Shown piece after piece: positions 48,335 through 62,039 of a stretch of DNA of 64,000 nucleotides. The DNA lies in assembly GCF_006345805.1 (NCBI RefSeq), contig NC_042998.1:159774001-159838000 (forward strand). The letters run 5' to 3'. The translations under genes and the position numbers were made by a program. The first letter of the stretch is position 1, and the number at the start of each line of letters is the position of its first letter. The notes beneath the pieces were generated by a model. That model had not been told where the DNA came from. It did not search any database and saw only the letters and a program-made list of their open reading frames with translations. The DNA is from Octopus sinensis (Eukaryota).

Positions 48335-48915
48335 TCAGGCACAAGAATGACTGCATTGTTAAGAAGCTTGCTTCTTAAACATGTGGTCTTGGGTTCAGTC
48401 CTACTCTGTGACAAGTTGGGCAAATATTTACTACTACAACCCCAGGCCACCCAAAGCTTTGTGAAAGGATTTGGTGGACGGAAGCTGAAAGAGGTCTGTC
48501 ATAGGGTGTGTGTGTATGTGTGTGTGTGTGTATGTGTGTGTGTGTGAGCATGTGTGTGCGTGTGCGTGCATGTGTGCGTATGCGTGCATGCGTGCGTATG
48601 CATGCATGCGTGTGTATGCGTGCATGCGTGCATATGTGTGCATGCATGCATATGTGTGCATGCATGCATATGCGTGCATGCGTGTGCATGCATGTGTGTG
48701 TGCATGTGTGTGTGTGTTTGTATTTGTTTGTCCCCTACCACTGCTTGACAAGTAGTAATAATTGCTTACATTCCTGAGACTTAGCAATTTGGCAAGAAGG
48801 CACCAACTGAATAAGTAGCAGAATTCGGAAATTAAGTACTGGAGTTAATTTCTTCAATAAACCCTTCAAGACAGTACCTCAGTATGGCTACAGTCCAATG
48901 ATTAAAACAGTAAAA
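48335..48915 (+). mobile_element. Full S2 SINE with expanded internal purine-pyrimidine microsatellite (about 48500-48720)
   Basis: S2 head, then a TG/TGCA/TGCG tract, then the S2 tail. Confidence 0.75.
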
Positions 48916-48921
48916 GGTAAA

Positions 48922-49764
48922 ATGCCTTTGCACAGCTTCTAACACTGGAGATGTACTATGGTGTCAGCTGTTCACTACCAGTGGACTAAGGTAACACTTC
49001 ATATTTTTCAAACACCTTCCAGAGTATTCAAATGGTTCCAAGTAGTGCTGTTTTCTGCAAGTCCTCCACTCTTATTGTAGCCCCTATTCGTTCCATGTAC
49101 TTCCCAAGATTTTTGCTCACTGTTCCCAGGGCTCCAACAATTATTGGTACTACTACTACCACCTTTTTCCTCAACCACAACTGCATTATATCCCAAGCTA
49201 ACCTGTCATATCTATCAACTTTTCTTTCTTCCTTACTGCATACTTTGTTGTCAGCTGGGCATGCTATATCTAGTTTGCTTTCTTTCTCAATTAAGACTAT
49301 GTCTGGCTTCCTATTCTCTATCTCATGGCCACACTGAATCATAAAATCCCACAGGATCTTTGCATTATCATTTTTGATGATGCCTTCAGGTTTGTGGTCA
49401 TAGCAATTTTTTGCTCTGTCAAGTCCATACTTGTTGCAAAGCATCCAATGGACAAGCCTTGCTATATTGTTGTGGAATTTCTTATATTCCTTCTGGGCTA
49501 ATGGCATACATTGGCTGATAATATACCATACAGTTTCACCATTTTGTCCACAGATTCTGCACTTATCACTTTCTGCTGTGTTGTCTATTCTGTATTTTAT
49601 GTAGTTTGTTCTTAGTGCTTGCTCTTGGGCAGCACAGATTAGAGCCTCTGTTTCCAGTTTTAAATCACTTTAAGTCATCCACAGCCATCTTTTTTCTCTG
49701 TCTGTCTTCAACATCCCTATGAAATTGTCCATGCATTCTTTTCTTTACCCATCTATTTTCAGTT

Positions 49765-49770
<6 letters not shown>
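48922..49770 (-). mobile_element. R4/Dong-like LINE 3' part: zinc-knuckle region plus restriction-like endonuclease
   Basis: LAQKEYKKFHNNIARLVHW...RKPDIVLIEKE..LDIACP...VPIIVGALG...LQKTALLGT. Confidence 0.85.
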
Positions 49771-49789
<19 letters not shown>

Positions 49790-49798
<9 letters not shown>

Positions 49799-50095
49799 CC
49801 AGTAGTCTTATTGTTATCACATGCTTTCACTGCACTACTGAGCACAGCTCTGTATGTCTTGGGTATGTGTTGTAGTTCGTTGTGGTGCTCTCATTTTAAC
49901 TGCATTGAAAGCGCTTTACATAGAATGTGCACAGTGCCTAATAGGGCTAATTTCTGTATGTCATATACTTTTGTAAGCCCTGGTATCTTGGTTATATATT
50001 TGTCTGAATGTTTTTTTATCATACCTAATGCACCTACTATTATAGGAATTGTTTCTGTCTTTAGGCTCCACATTCAAGTTGCCTCTAATTCCAGA
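49790..50095 (-). mobile_element. Second R4-like 3' fragment with (TAA)n tail
   Basis: ETIPIIVGALGMIKKH...IQKLALLGTVHIL. Confidence 0.7.
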
Positions 50096-50559
50096 TCTTA
50101 ATATTATGAGACTTTATTATTATTATTGAGTGAGAGAACAGTGCACGCCATCAAAGTGAAACTGGGGTAAAATATACGAAGCCCAGTATACCCATCATGA
50201 CTACCCCTCTGATAAGGATACACCAGGCACATGCATCATGCCTTTCATTCTTTCAGGGTTGATAAAATAAGTACCAGTTGAGCACTGGGGTAGAACTAAT
50301 CGACTCTCCCCTCCCCTAAAATTGCCAGCCTTGTGCCAACATTTGAAATCATTATAAACTATTATTGCTTGCCGTTTTTATTGTTTGTATCTCACATTGA
50401 CTTATTGTTGTTTCTACAGCCGATGATGTTACTGTTTCTGCCACTGCTACTGTTGTTGCTGTCGTTGTTGTTGTTGTTGTTGTTACAATAATTATTCACT
50501 GCATTGAAACACAATATTTCTTTAAATTATTGTGAAAAGTGAAAAAGAGATTATTGTAA

Positions 50560-51060
50560 AAGTTGTTGCTACTGTTACACCTAATGATGGTGCAACAGAG
50601 GTTAAGATGCAGTGACGCTGATGAGGACAATGATGAAATCCAGCATCATCATGGTCATTGTATTCATCATCAATACTTTCGTCATCATCATCACTATCAC
50701 TACTGCTACCACCACCAATACCATCAGCTTCACAGTCACCACCACGACCGCCATCATCACCTCCATCACCACCACCTCGGTAGTCATAATTATCATCAGT
50801 ATTAAAGTTGTGATACCAGTCAGAGTGATTGTGATGAATGAGGTGTTATTGGTGCAGAATAATGGCTGTTAAATATTCATATTTGCTTTTACCTGTTATT
50901 ATGGTCAAATGTCAAGATTCTTTAAACAGATGAGTTCTCTACCACCACCACCACCACCACCACTACCATCAGTCACCTCCTTCACTTCTTTCTCCATCAC
51001 ACAACAAAATTCTCTGCCACTTTCAACTCCATCTTCCTCTCCTCATTCTTACTTCAGCAC
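50560..51060. repeat. (CAT)n/(CAC)n low-complexity tract
   Basis: Directly visible. Confidence 0.85.
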
Positions 51061-51587
51061 CATCTTCACCAACATTACTTTCCTATCGCTTTGTACTTAG
51101 GAGAGGTAATGGGTATAACCTATGTAAGAAATCAATATACTAATAGTAATGAGATTGGTGTAATAGACAGTCAAGAGTTAAACTGGATGTTTCATTCTAT
51201 CTAACTTGATGGTTTGCTGGTCTAAGCTCAAATCCAAATGAGGTTAATTTTTTCTTTTCATAACCATCTAGCTTTACATGTATCCTTATTAATAAGATAT
51301 GTATTAGGCCCTTTACTGTTGATTACGATCTCTTATTGTTTTGTTTAACCACAGGCTAGACCCGATAAAGTAAGCCATCATCATCATCATCATCATCATC
51401 ATTGTCATTATCATCTCATCATTTAACATTCATTTTTCCATGCTGGCATGGGTTGGATGGTCTGACAAGAGCTGGCTTGGCAGAGGACAGAACCAGGCTT
51501 GATTGTCTGTTTTAGCATGGTTTTAGAGCTGGTTAAAGGTATTCTAGCTAAGACTATACTGCCTTTTTTTTCTTCAGATATAAGCAC

Positions 51588-51960
51588 AGGCATGCTTATG
51601 TGGTTAAGAAGTTTGCTTTGCAATCACATTGTTTCAAGTTCAGTACCACAGGTTGGTACCTTGGGCAAGTGTTTTCTACTATAACCTTCAATTAACCCAT
51701 GCCTTGTGAGTGAATTTAGTAAACAGAAACTGTGTGGAGGCCCTACATATATATACATTTGTGTGCCCGTCTTTGTGTTTGTCCTCTCCCACCACTAAAC
51801 AACTGATGTTGGTTTGTTTATGTTCCTATAACTTTGCAGTTCAGCAAAAGAGACTGATAGAACAGGTATTAGGGTCAATTTGTTCAACTAAGCTCTTCAA
51901 AGTGGTACCCATTATAGCTGCAGTCCAATGACTGAAATAAGTAAAAGATACAAAGATAAA
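51588..51960 (+). mobile_element. Full S2 SINE, diverged
   Basis: Head, short microsatellite and tail in the expected order. Confidence 0.75.
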
Positions 51961-53740
51961 AAATATAGTGTATTTGTAGCAATGCTATCCAAAATGTCCT
52001 TCTGTTATTAAGGTGGTAGGGTATGATATGTGAGAGATTTGGCTGATATCTCTAGCAAGTTAAATGGTGGTGGGTTGGTAGAATCATTAGTGTGAGACAC
52101 AATGGCTGCAGTAAATAGTTACTCTCTTTACATTTTGAGTTGTAAACTCAGTGAGGGCAATTTTCTCTTTATCCTTTTATAGCATCATCATTACCTTTTA
52201 ATGTTCACATTTCCATGCTTGCATGGATGGGATAGATTTTGTTGAGGCAGATTTTCTATGGCCCTTTGTGTCACCAACCCTCACCTGTTTCCCAGTTAGG
52301 TAATATTCCCCCCTGGCCAGACACGGAAGATTGGAAATGACGGACGCCATCTGCATAGTGGTATGACACAACTATCATGCAATGTCACGGCAAGAGACAG
52401 TAACACACATTGACGCATATATACATGTGTGTGTGTGAGTAAATAATAATAAGGAATATGATGAAGTAGCATTTCATGAATTTTAATTTACGATGATGAT
52501 GATGATGATTTTGATTTAAATACAGCTTAATATTGACCTGCATATGCTTCCACTACATCAGTTAGTAACTGATGCAATTGCAACTTTGCTATAATACCAG
52601 TGTAATTTCTTCGGGGTTTTCACTGTAATATCCTTTCAGATTGAACTGGTTAAAGTTTTATGTCAATTTTAGTGTTGCATTGAATGAAGTGTGTGTGTGT
52701 GTGTGTGCGAAGGCATATGACTTAGTGGTTAGTGTATTCAGGTCACAATCATAAGGTCATAAGTTTGATTCTTGGTAGTGTGTTGTGTCCTTGAACATGA
52801 CACTTTATTTAACATTGCTCCAGTCCAATCAACTAGCAAAAATGAGTTGTACCTGTATTTCATAGGGCCAGCCTTGTTATATTCTGTATCATTCTGAATC
52901 TCCCTAAAAATTATGTTAAGGGTACGTGTGTCTGTGGACTGCTCAGCCACTTGCACATTAATTTCATGAGCAGGCTATTCTGTTGATCAGATCAACTGGA
53001 ACCTTTATTGTACACAAACATACACACACACACAGAATGGGTTTCTTTCAGTTTCTTTTTACCAAATCCACTCACAGGCTTTGGTTGAGCCACACTTACC
53101 CAAGGTACCATAGTTCAGGGACTGAACCCTGAATAAAGCAAACTTCTTACCCCACAGCCTGAGCCTTACAGAGTTGATAAAATAAAATAGCAACCTAGAT
53201 CTAAATAGATTTATAATAGAACAGATCTCATTGGTTTTTAAATTTACGACATTAGTTTCACTTTTGCCAATAAGTAATTATGAGAAAAATGAAAGTGATG
53301 TCCTAAACTTATTGATTTGGCTCTGGGTAGTGTTATTATAAAGTCTGGTGCTTGTTGATCCGGGCACTCTCTAACAGTTAGCTAATGGTCACTGCTTCAA
53401 TTTATATTTCCAACTGATTTTTACTTGTATTTTTCAGAAATATACCCTCATCTATCAGCTAATTTTGCCAGCTCATTATACACATTTTCTTTATTTGTCT
53501 CTGTCCATAACATCAGAACTCACCCAGCTTTCCACACAGTACACAAACTTATCTTATTACAAATATTATTAACAAGGTGCAAAGCATCACTATGTGATTG
53601 AGAAGCATACTTTGAAAGCACAGGCTTTGGGATTCTACCTCACTGTACTGTACCTTGAGCAAGTATCTTCTGCTATAGCCTCAGGCCAATCAATGACTTG
53701 TAAATGAAATTTGATAGATGCAAAATGTATAGAAGCATGC

Positions 53741-53828
<88 letters not shown>

Positions 53829-53834
<6 letters not shown>

Positions 53835-54750
53835 TCAAGATAGAAAATGGTAAAATAATTTTATAAAAAACATTTCAGTACCGGTTTCAGTCATTGATAC
53901 TTTTTCAACTGAAGTATGGAAAACAATTAAATTTTGGAAAAATGAAAAGAAAAGTTTTCTAAAAGAATATTTGCTTGGTATTCAAATACAAGGGGGATTT
54001 TCCTTGTTTCTGCCTGTCTCTGTCTCTCTTGTCTAGATTTAGCCCAATAAGAAACTGTAAAGCTAAAAATGTAGTCTACAGTATAAGATGTACAGAGGGA
54101 CAGTGCAGAAACAAAACAACAATGTACGTAGGAGAGACAGCATGGAGCATAGGAGAGCCCCTTGTATTTGAATACTATGCAAATATTCTTTTAAAATACT
54201 TTTCTTTTAATTTTTCCAAAATTTAATTGTTTTCCATACTTACAGTTGAAAAAATCTCAATGACTGAAACTGGTACTCTTTTACTCTTTACTCTTTTACT
54301 TGTTTCAGTCATTTGACTGCGGCCATGCTGGAGCACCGCCTTTAGTCGAGCAACTCGACCCCGGGACTTATTCTTTTTTTGTAAGCCCAGTACTTATTCT
54401 ATTGGTCTCTTTTTGCTGAACTGCTAAATGACGGGGACATAAACACACCAGCATCGGTTGTCAAGCAATGCTAAGGGGACAAACACAGACACACAAACAA
54501 ACACACATACATATATATATATAAATATATACGACAGGCTTCTTTCAGTTTCCGTCTACCAAATCCACTCACAAGGCTTTGGTCGGCCCGGGGCTATAGC
54601 AGAAGACACTTGCCCAAGATGCCACGCAGTGGGACTGAACCCGGAACCATGTGGTTGGTTAGCAAGCTACTTACCACACAGCCACTCCTGCGCCTATACT
54701 GAAATGTTTTTTATAAAATTATTTTACTATTTTCTACCTTGACTTTTTTT
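53829..54750. repeat. ~170-bp imperfect inverted repeats enclosing a PLE fragment; the right arm is interrupted by a SINE
   Basis: Left arm 53829-53995. Right arm 54158-54277 plus 54697-54750. Confidence 0.8.
54278..54696 (-). mobile_element. Full-length S2 SINE, the least diverged copy in the window
   Basis: tRNA-like head GGCGCAGGAGTGGCTGTGTGGTAAG...GGGTTCAGTCCC, internal CA/TA repeat and (TAAAAGAG)n tail. Confidence 0.88.
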
Positions 54751-54789
54751 CCATATATATCAATTCGTGTGTTCCTTTTCAATCTTCTA

Positions 54790-55085
54790 CTCACATATAT
54801 GTAGGACTAAGAAGAAAACAGGGAAGGCCAAGTCATGGTATGATAGCCACAAATACCAGAGTGTCATGTTCGTCAACATCACCCCTAGAGGTGAACTAGT
54901 ATACTACTTTAGAAGGGCCCTAGACAAGCTTAAGCTAAGAATTAAGGTTGTAGATAGGCCAGGTAACTCTATTAAATCCCTAGTCGGTAGAACCTACCCT
55001 CTTAATAGAACCCCATGTACTGATAGAAACTGTATTATATTTAGCCCAATAGCAAACTGTAAAGCTAGAAATGTAGTCTACAGAC
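54790..55085 (+). pseudogene. PLE family B fragment
   Basis: KKTGKAKSWYDSHKYQSVMFVNITPRGEL...NCKARNVVY. Confidence 0.8.
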
Positions 55086-55638
55086 TTCATTGGCTAAACT
55101 GACATACAACAATATATATATATATATATTGTGGATTAACAAGGCTACCAACAGTTTCATGTAAGTGAGACCTTTACAATTTTAACTGTACCACATGGGA
55201 ACATTGTGTGAAAACATGCCTGTTTTACATTTATGTTGAGTAACTTGGCAGTTCAACAAATTGAGTTCAATAAAATAAGTACCAGAATCAATGTGAGTGA
55301 ACAAACACTTTGAAGTGGTGTCCCAGCATAGCTGCAGTGCAATGACTGAAATCAGCAAAAAAAAACTGCTTTTATCAATTCTGACATTCACTTATCAGCT
55401 TGGATTTGATCCAAGCTGATATACATGATCACTTATCCTGCTAGAAATAACAACCAATTTTCCTCAAATCATAACCTAATGTCTGAGAAAAGGGTTAGCT
55501 GTACAATATAATTCTGGGTTTCCTGCACAACTGAAAATGTTGGGATGGGATCACAGCTAGAATGCACTGATCCTGCCCATATCAATCCAATCAGAACTGA
55601 CCTGGGACTAATCAACAACAACAATCAATGCTATGTAC

Positions 55639-55827
55639 TTTGGAATCCCACATATTACTAAGAGGTGCCACCAGGGAAGGGGTATAAGTGATAGAGGGGC
55701 AGTGTATGAGTCATCCTCCTCAGCCAATGCTTCTTCTTCTCTACCTGCTTCTGTTGGAATGATAGCAGGTCCTAAGGACTTCATAGGAAATATTTCTTGT
55801 TTGACATGATTATCTCCTTCCTCTTTG
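55639..55827 (-). CDS. Candidate host coding exon, 189 bp, unidentified protein
   Basis: Strong acceptor TTTCCTTTCAG and only one open frame (KEEGDNHVKQEIFPMKSLGPAIIPTEAGREEEALAEEDDSYTAPLSLIPLPWWHLLVICGIP). The donor AA|GTACAT is weak. Confidence 0.35.
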
Positions 55828-57483
55828 CTGAAAGGAAACATCACTTTGTCAGTGAGGATTGATTATGCTACTATACCCTTACTAATTATGATAATGATAT
55901 TATCAATAAAGATACCAATAATAATAATAATAATAATGATAATAATAATAATAATTGGGGATTAATGAGGATCACAATGATGATGATTGCTATCTAATCA
56001 TCATCATTATCTTCAGGATTTTTGATGATGGTTGTCATATCATACTCATCATCTTTATCGCTATAACGGTCCCTATCCTCAATCTACAGCAGCATCATTA
56101 TGACTAGGACAATCAGGATGATTACAGTAATAATATTAAAATAATGAACTGGAGAGGAGGGAGGGGAAGACAGTAGTAATGTTGTTGGTGGCAGGGTACT
56201 GGTGATTACAGTTGCTATTGGTATGATGGGGATCATGGTGGTTGTGGTGGTGGTGGTGGTGGTGGTCGCGGTGGCAGAGGAGGAGGAGAAGAAGGAGGAG
56301 GGGAGGAGGAGGGGGTGGGTGGGGATGATTGGGTAAAAATCTTTGACTACAATGAAATGAAAGTCATTGAAAAAGTATTTGAAACAAAATACATGCACTT
56401 GCTTACTGCAGTTGAGACTGCAGTGACATTGAACATACACTTCTATTACTACTGTTTCACACATGTAAAAGAAAGAAGAATAACACAATGCCATTTGTTT
56501 TTCACATTAGTCACAAGTAAAATGAAGCTGAAATAGGCTCTATGAAATAAACTGACATGAAACAAATATTTCTATTACTATGTTTTAAATTTTTAATAAT
56601 GATGTTTGTTTGTTTCTCTCATTGGCTCAAGGCCATTTAGATAGTGAAAGAGAAAGAGGGAGCGTGTGTGAGAGGGAGATTGTCAATTGATACATCAAGT
56701 AATAACAAAAGTTTTGTCCCATTTTCAAAGGAATTTAGGAAAACAAAATAGTGATGACTATAGATGTATTTCATCATCAATATATTCTCAATGACTTTGG
56801 ATAACATTATTCTATCTGTCAACAAGTTTTCAGATTCAGCAAGAGTTAGTGGTGGTGGTGGTGGTGGTGGTGGTGGTAGGGTGCAATGTATAAACTTCTT
56901 TAAGTTTTGACCTAAAGTGAAAGATTAATTCATTTTCACCAATTTCACTTGAAGTTCATCTATTGTTTTAACATACACTTTTCTATGCTTACTTGGGTTG
57001 AACATGGAGCAAGGCACAAAGAACCCAGTGCCATTTTGAAACAGTGAGATCTCACCTGTAACCATTGCCATACATGAGACCAAAACAAGATCTTGCCTGC
57101 AACCATTATTTAAGGAAAAGACAACATTTTCCCTCTAAATCTTCTCACACTGACACCACAAAAGATTTTGAAGCCAGGAGCTCACAGTAGACTTTTATCT
57201 CACTGTAATACCACATGCATTGTCTCCAGAGGTTATTAAATGTCACGTGTATGGGAGAGAAGGCTAACTACACAATGCTGTGAAGATGGTTACTGAAGGC
57301 AAACCCCTTGTACAAAGCACCGGTGAATAAATGGCTATTGAATTTACTCTGCCTGAGAACTGCTTTCTTCATATTTCCAGCTCCTTGAATCAACAGAATG
57401 ATTACAATGGAAGAAGATACCCCAAAAGTATCATAAAAACCTTTCTTCCATTATAAAATGGTGACCTTGATGTGATTCAAACA

Positions 57484-57730
57484 CTCAGCCTTCGTACGAC
57501 CAGCTACCATCCAGCTTCCATCGGGATGGTCGAACGTTTTCACATGCAACTGAAGGCCACTCTACACACTACTCCTGATCCGCAGTCTTGGACAGAATTC
57601 CTGCCTATTGGTCTTCTTGGTTGTTGCACTGGTTTAGACAGACTTAGGTTTCTCCTCTGCCGAACCCCTTTATCGTCCCCCTTGGCACTTCCTGGTACAA
57701 TGTTAGCACCAGCCAATTTATCGCATCCTT
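57484..57730 (+). pseudogene. Ty3/Gypsy integrase C-terminal fragment
   Basis: RTTSYHPASIGMVERFHMQLKATL...WTEFLPIGLLG. Confidence 0.8.
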
Positions 57731-57849
57731 ATCCAACATCATATGTCACCAGACTTATAATTTAACATACTCACCAGTAAGGTTTCCATTAATTTACTTG
57801 TTTATTTTTCCTAAAATTTTTGTTTTATCTTGCAACTTTTTCAATAGTG

Positions 57850-60400
57850 GTTGACTCTGTCCATTATCTGAGCTGTGTTCTTTTTGTTTGTTTGTGCCCA
57901 TGAGTGTGGGTCAGTGTGTGTGTGCAGTGTGTATGTATAATATAAATAATATATATACATATACGCATATATACATACGTGAGCAAGGGCAAGGGAGGAG
58001 GAGTGAGGAAGAGAGAGTAACAGAATAATAGGATAGAATAGTGGGAGAAGAGAAAATAAAAGAATAAGAGAAAGAGAGAAAAACAAAAGACCAAAAAGAT
58101 CGTGTAGAGTGCGCATCAGAATTATTATGATAAAACTTACTTAGAAGAGGATGTGTGGCATTTATTATCATTATATTAAGTGTGGCACACACACACACAC
58201 ATATATACATATATATATACACACACACATATATATGCATATGTGGGCACAGGATGTCATGAAACAAGTACAACAAAAAAATACGAAGTACAAGTACATG
58301 GAATATGAATTATTTTTCGAACAACAAAAGACACATATGGAAAACAAGACAAACAACATAAAGAACGACCTTTATGCATGCATGTAAGTGTGTGTATGCA
58401 TGTATGTATGTGAGTGTGTGCATATGTATATATGTATGTATGTGTGTAAGTTTGTATGCATGTATTCTGCGCATTTATGTGTTCGTGTTTGTGTGTTCAT
58501 ATACGTGTGTTTTTTTGTGTATGTTTGTTTGCGCATGTGTGTACTTCTGTTTCTTTGTGTGTGCATGTCTGAGTGTGTCTCTGTGTGTATGTATGGATTT
58601 TTGTGACTATGTAGTCTGTCTGTATGTATAGATGTGTACCTCCATATGTCTGGATGTGTATCTCCATATATGTCCTTCTGTGAAGTGTGTGTATGTATGT
58701 GGTCATGTGTTTCAGTCTTCATTTATGTATGTGTGTGTATGTGTGCTTGTCTGTTCATATAACCTATGTACCTATCCATCTGTATGTCTATCTGTTTACA
58801 TTCTTATCCATTGGCCTACATACGTGTGCATATACATACATACATAACAGCCCACTAACTAATCTTCCTGCATATAAATATAAACTGTGGGTGTGGGGGT
58901 ATGATTACCTACTATGTTTATTTCCTATTTAGTACTGGGGATGTTTCATTTATGAGGACGTACTCCTGTATTTGTCTGAATGTTGAGTCCCTTGAGTGCT
59001 TGGATAAAATGCAGGTGTCAAGTTGACCCAGGTTGCCTCCATGTTGGTCCTTGGCATGTTGATAGAGTATGGAGGACTGTTTTTTGTCGTCATATTGTCT
59101 CAAATGTCCATTTAGTCTATTTGCAATGCTCTTAGATGTCTCCCCTATGTATGTCTTGTTCATGCCTTTACAAGCACCTTCTATGCATCTTATGCTGCAG
59201 ACTACATTTTTAGTTCTATAGTTATTGCCAGGGTTAATCCTACATACCATGCAGTTATCATTGGTGCGTATAATATTCTCAAAAGGGTATGTCCTACATA
59301 GTTGTGATCTGATGGAGTTCCCTAGCTATTCAATAATCTTTATGTTGAGTTTGGTCTCTTTCAGAGCTTTCCTGAATCTACGGGCTAGTTCTCCATGGGC
59401 TGTGGCCTCTACAAACATCACTCCTTGATATTTGTCAGTTTTATACCATGTGTTCATTCCGTTTGCTTTGTAACAAGCTCTTTGCTTCTATATCCAGTCT
59501 TTGCTTCTATATCTAGAGCAGGTACCATTGGTTTCATGACATATAATGTTATCGAACTTCTTTCTAGCTCCCCTGTATACCTGAATCCTATCTTTCTGGT
59601 TGTATCCAGAGAATTGCATGCAGTGCATGAAGTTCTGTACATGTTTCTTCGTTTCATAGGGTTTGCATAGTGGGGACACATTGTTCATTATCCTAACTAA
59701 GTCTGCTATCTAAGTATGTTAATTTTCATGTTGTGTGACAAAGCTGAGTTCTTGTGAACAACACATTTCGAAGTTATGGGTTTCATGTAATAGGAGTGGA
59801 GGAGCTGCACTCTATTGTTCACACTCTCTAGCCAAAGTTCAGTATCAAGGACAGGAATTCTATTGTTGGGGTGCCTATCAAGTTACCTTGATACTTAGAT
59901 GAATGGGGTTAACTACTTGCTGGATGCACTCCATTATGTTCCTCTCAGTTTCTACATTACCATTACTAGAGTTGGTCTTAACTATGATATTAATGTCATC
60001 TACATACCTACTGTATAGTAAAAGAGTTGTGGACTGTTCTGCTACAGGTTGCTTAAGTTTTCTGTCCCACCAGGTCATGAAGAGGCCAGCCACATCTCCA
60101 GCTACACTGACACCAATGGCTACACCTTGAACCTGCATATATAGCATGTATAGTTTCTTGTTAAACTTTACTATGTAGTTCTTCAAGGTGGTTCTTACAC
60201 TAACCCCTATTGCATGTGCAATCCTTCCTTTCACCTGATTGTTGTTCTCAGGGTCTTGGGTGGGTACAGTCCAGCCACTCCAGTGCTCTGTGGTGCTTTA
60301 CTTCACTGCTGTGGTGGTCTTCCCCTCTGAATCACAAACTCAATTCTCATGTCCTTAAACTGCCTCTTAATGTGAAGTGGCTGTATATTTGACAATCCAA
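57850..60400 (-). mobile_element. PLE family A, longer copy: RT motifs, thumb, GIY-YIG and long tail
   Basis: QVQGVAIGVSVAGDVAGLFMTWWD...YSRYVDD (59878-60234); NVVCSIRC...YIGETS...RLNGH (58918-59250). Confidence 0.88.
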
Positions 60401-61149
60401 CAATTAGAGTGGGAACAAAATCTGGTTATTATTAGAACAGGCATCAGGTATCAATAGCTGACATTGTCAAGTGTGTCTGATTCATCAAAATTGCTTGAAA
60501 CTCAAAACCACAGGGACTCCATTTTTCATTGTGTATCATTTCAGCTACATAAAATTATATAAGTCAAATTACTTTTCCAGAAAAGACAGTCACTTTACTT
60601 ATAAGTTTGTCAGAATCTTTAACTTTATATTTAGCAGTTATAGATTTGAAATTTTTCTATTCTACCTCATTTGCTTGCATACAAATTTCTGCCAGTAATA
60701 CATAACAATTAAGACAAAAATGAAAATGACAGTCATATAAAAATAGAAGTTTAAAGGCAGACCACCAAAGCCTGGTTTGGATAGCTTATCTTTGGATACT
60801 CCTTGTTCAGCCTACCAAAGCCTGCTATGGTAAAAGCTAAGAAGATTTCTAAGTTAAATGTCATTCAACCTACTACAAAAGCAACCAAAATCTCTCAAAT
60901 CACACTCGGCCATCTTAAATAAAGAATGTGTCAGAAAATGTATCCTTACACACCTATGAAAATAGTGGAACAATCACAGCTAGAATACATTTGATCAAAT
61001 GTCAAAACAATCAAAGTTGTTGCTGTATTTAATACTTTTCAATACTTCAGTTGAAATTCAGGTACTTACTATACATTGTCATGGCAACTTGATATCAGCC
61101 CCATCAATTTACTGTTCATTCAATGAGTTTGATAAGGAAACCTCTATAA

Positions 61150-61288
61150 ATAGGTGCAGGTGTGGCTGTGTGGTAAGAAACTTGCTTCCCAACCACATGG
61201 TTCTGCGTTCAGTCCCACAGCATGGCACCTAGGGCAAGTGCCAACTAAAGCCTTGAAAAGTGGACTTGGTAGGCAGAAATAAGCCCCA

Positions 61289-61342
<54 letters not shown>

Positions 61343-61550
61343 ATATCTATTTGTACTTATGCCTTTGTGTCTGTGTTTGTCCACACATCACCATTTGACA
61401 CTATAATCTAGTAGTTCAGCTAAAGAGACTGATAAAATAAGTATTAGGCTTAAGAATTAAGTCCTAGAGTCAATTTGTTCAATTAAAACCCTTCAAGACA
61501 GTGCTCTAGCATGGCCACAGTCAAATGACAGAAGCAAGTAAAAGAGTAAA
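61150..61550 (+). mobile_element. Full S2 SINE with (TG)n core
   Basis: Head, (TG)n at about 61290-61338, and tail. Confidence 0.8.
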
Positions 61551-62039
61551 TGCATTTGACCTGTTAGAAATAGAAGCCAATGTCTTTAGAATCACATGCT
61601 ACTATCTTAAACAAAGAAGGATACATTGGATATTGTTGTCTCTGATATGCAATAAGGCAAGATGGTTATGGTTGGATTGCTTTATCAGATTACTCAGCCA
61701 AAGCCGACCATTGATTAGGTATGGCTGTGTAGTTAAGAAGCTTACTTCCCAATCAAGAGGACTTGGGCTCAGTCCCACTACATAGCACCTTGAGCAAATG
61801 TCTTCTACTACATGTATATGTATGTATATGCATGTGTGTGTGTATGTATGTATGTATGTATTTATGTATGTATGTATGTATGTATGTATGTATGTATGTA
61901 TGTATGTATGTATGTATGTATGTATGTATGTATGTATGTATGCATGCATGTCTGTATATATGTATGTGCAAATTTGTATGTTTTATGTATATATTTTCAT
62001 GCATATAGTTACATACCTAGACATGCTCATATATATTTA

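Noticed and set aside
50618-50638. CTGATGA...GAAA hammerhead core
   Set aside because: It lies in a (GAT)-rich low-complexity tract with no stem II.
58089-58119. Second CTGATGCG hammerhead-like core in the family A tail
   Set aside because: Stem II does not pair, GAAA is replaced by GATC, and there is no stem I partner.
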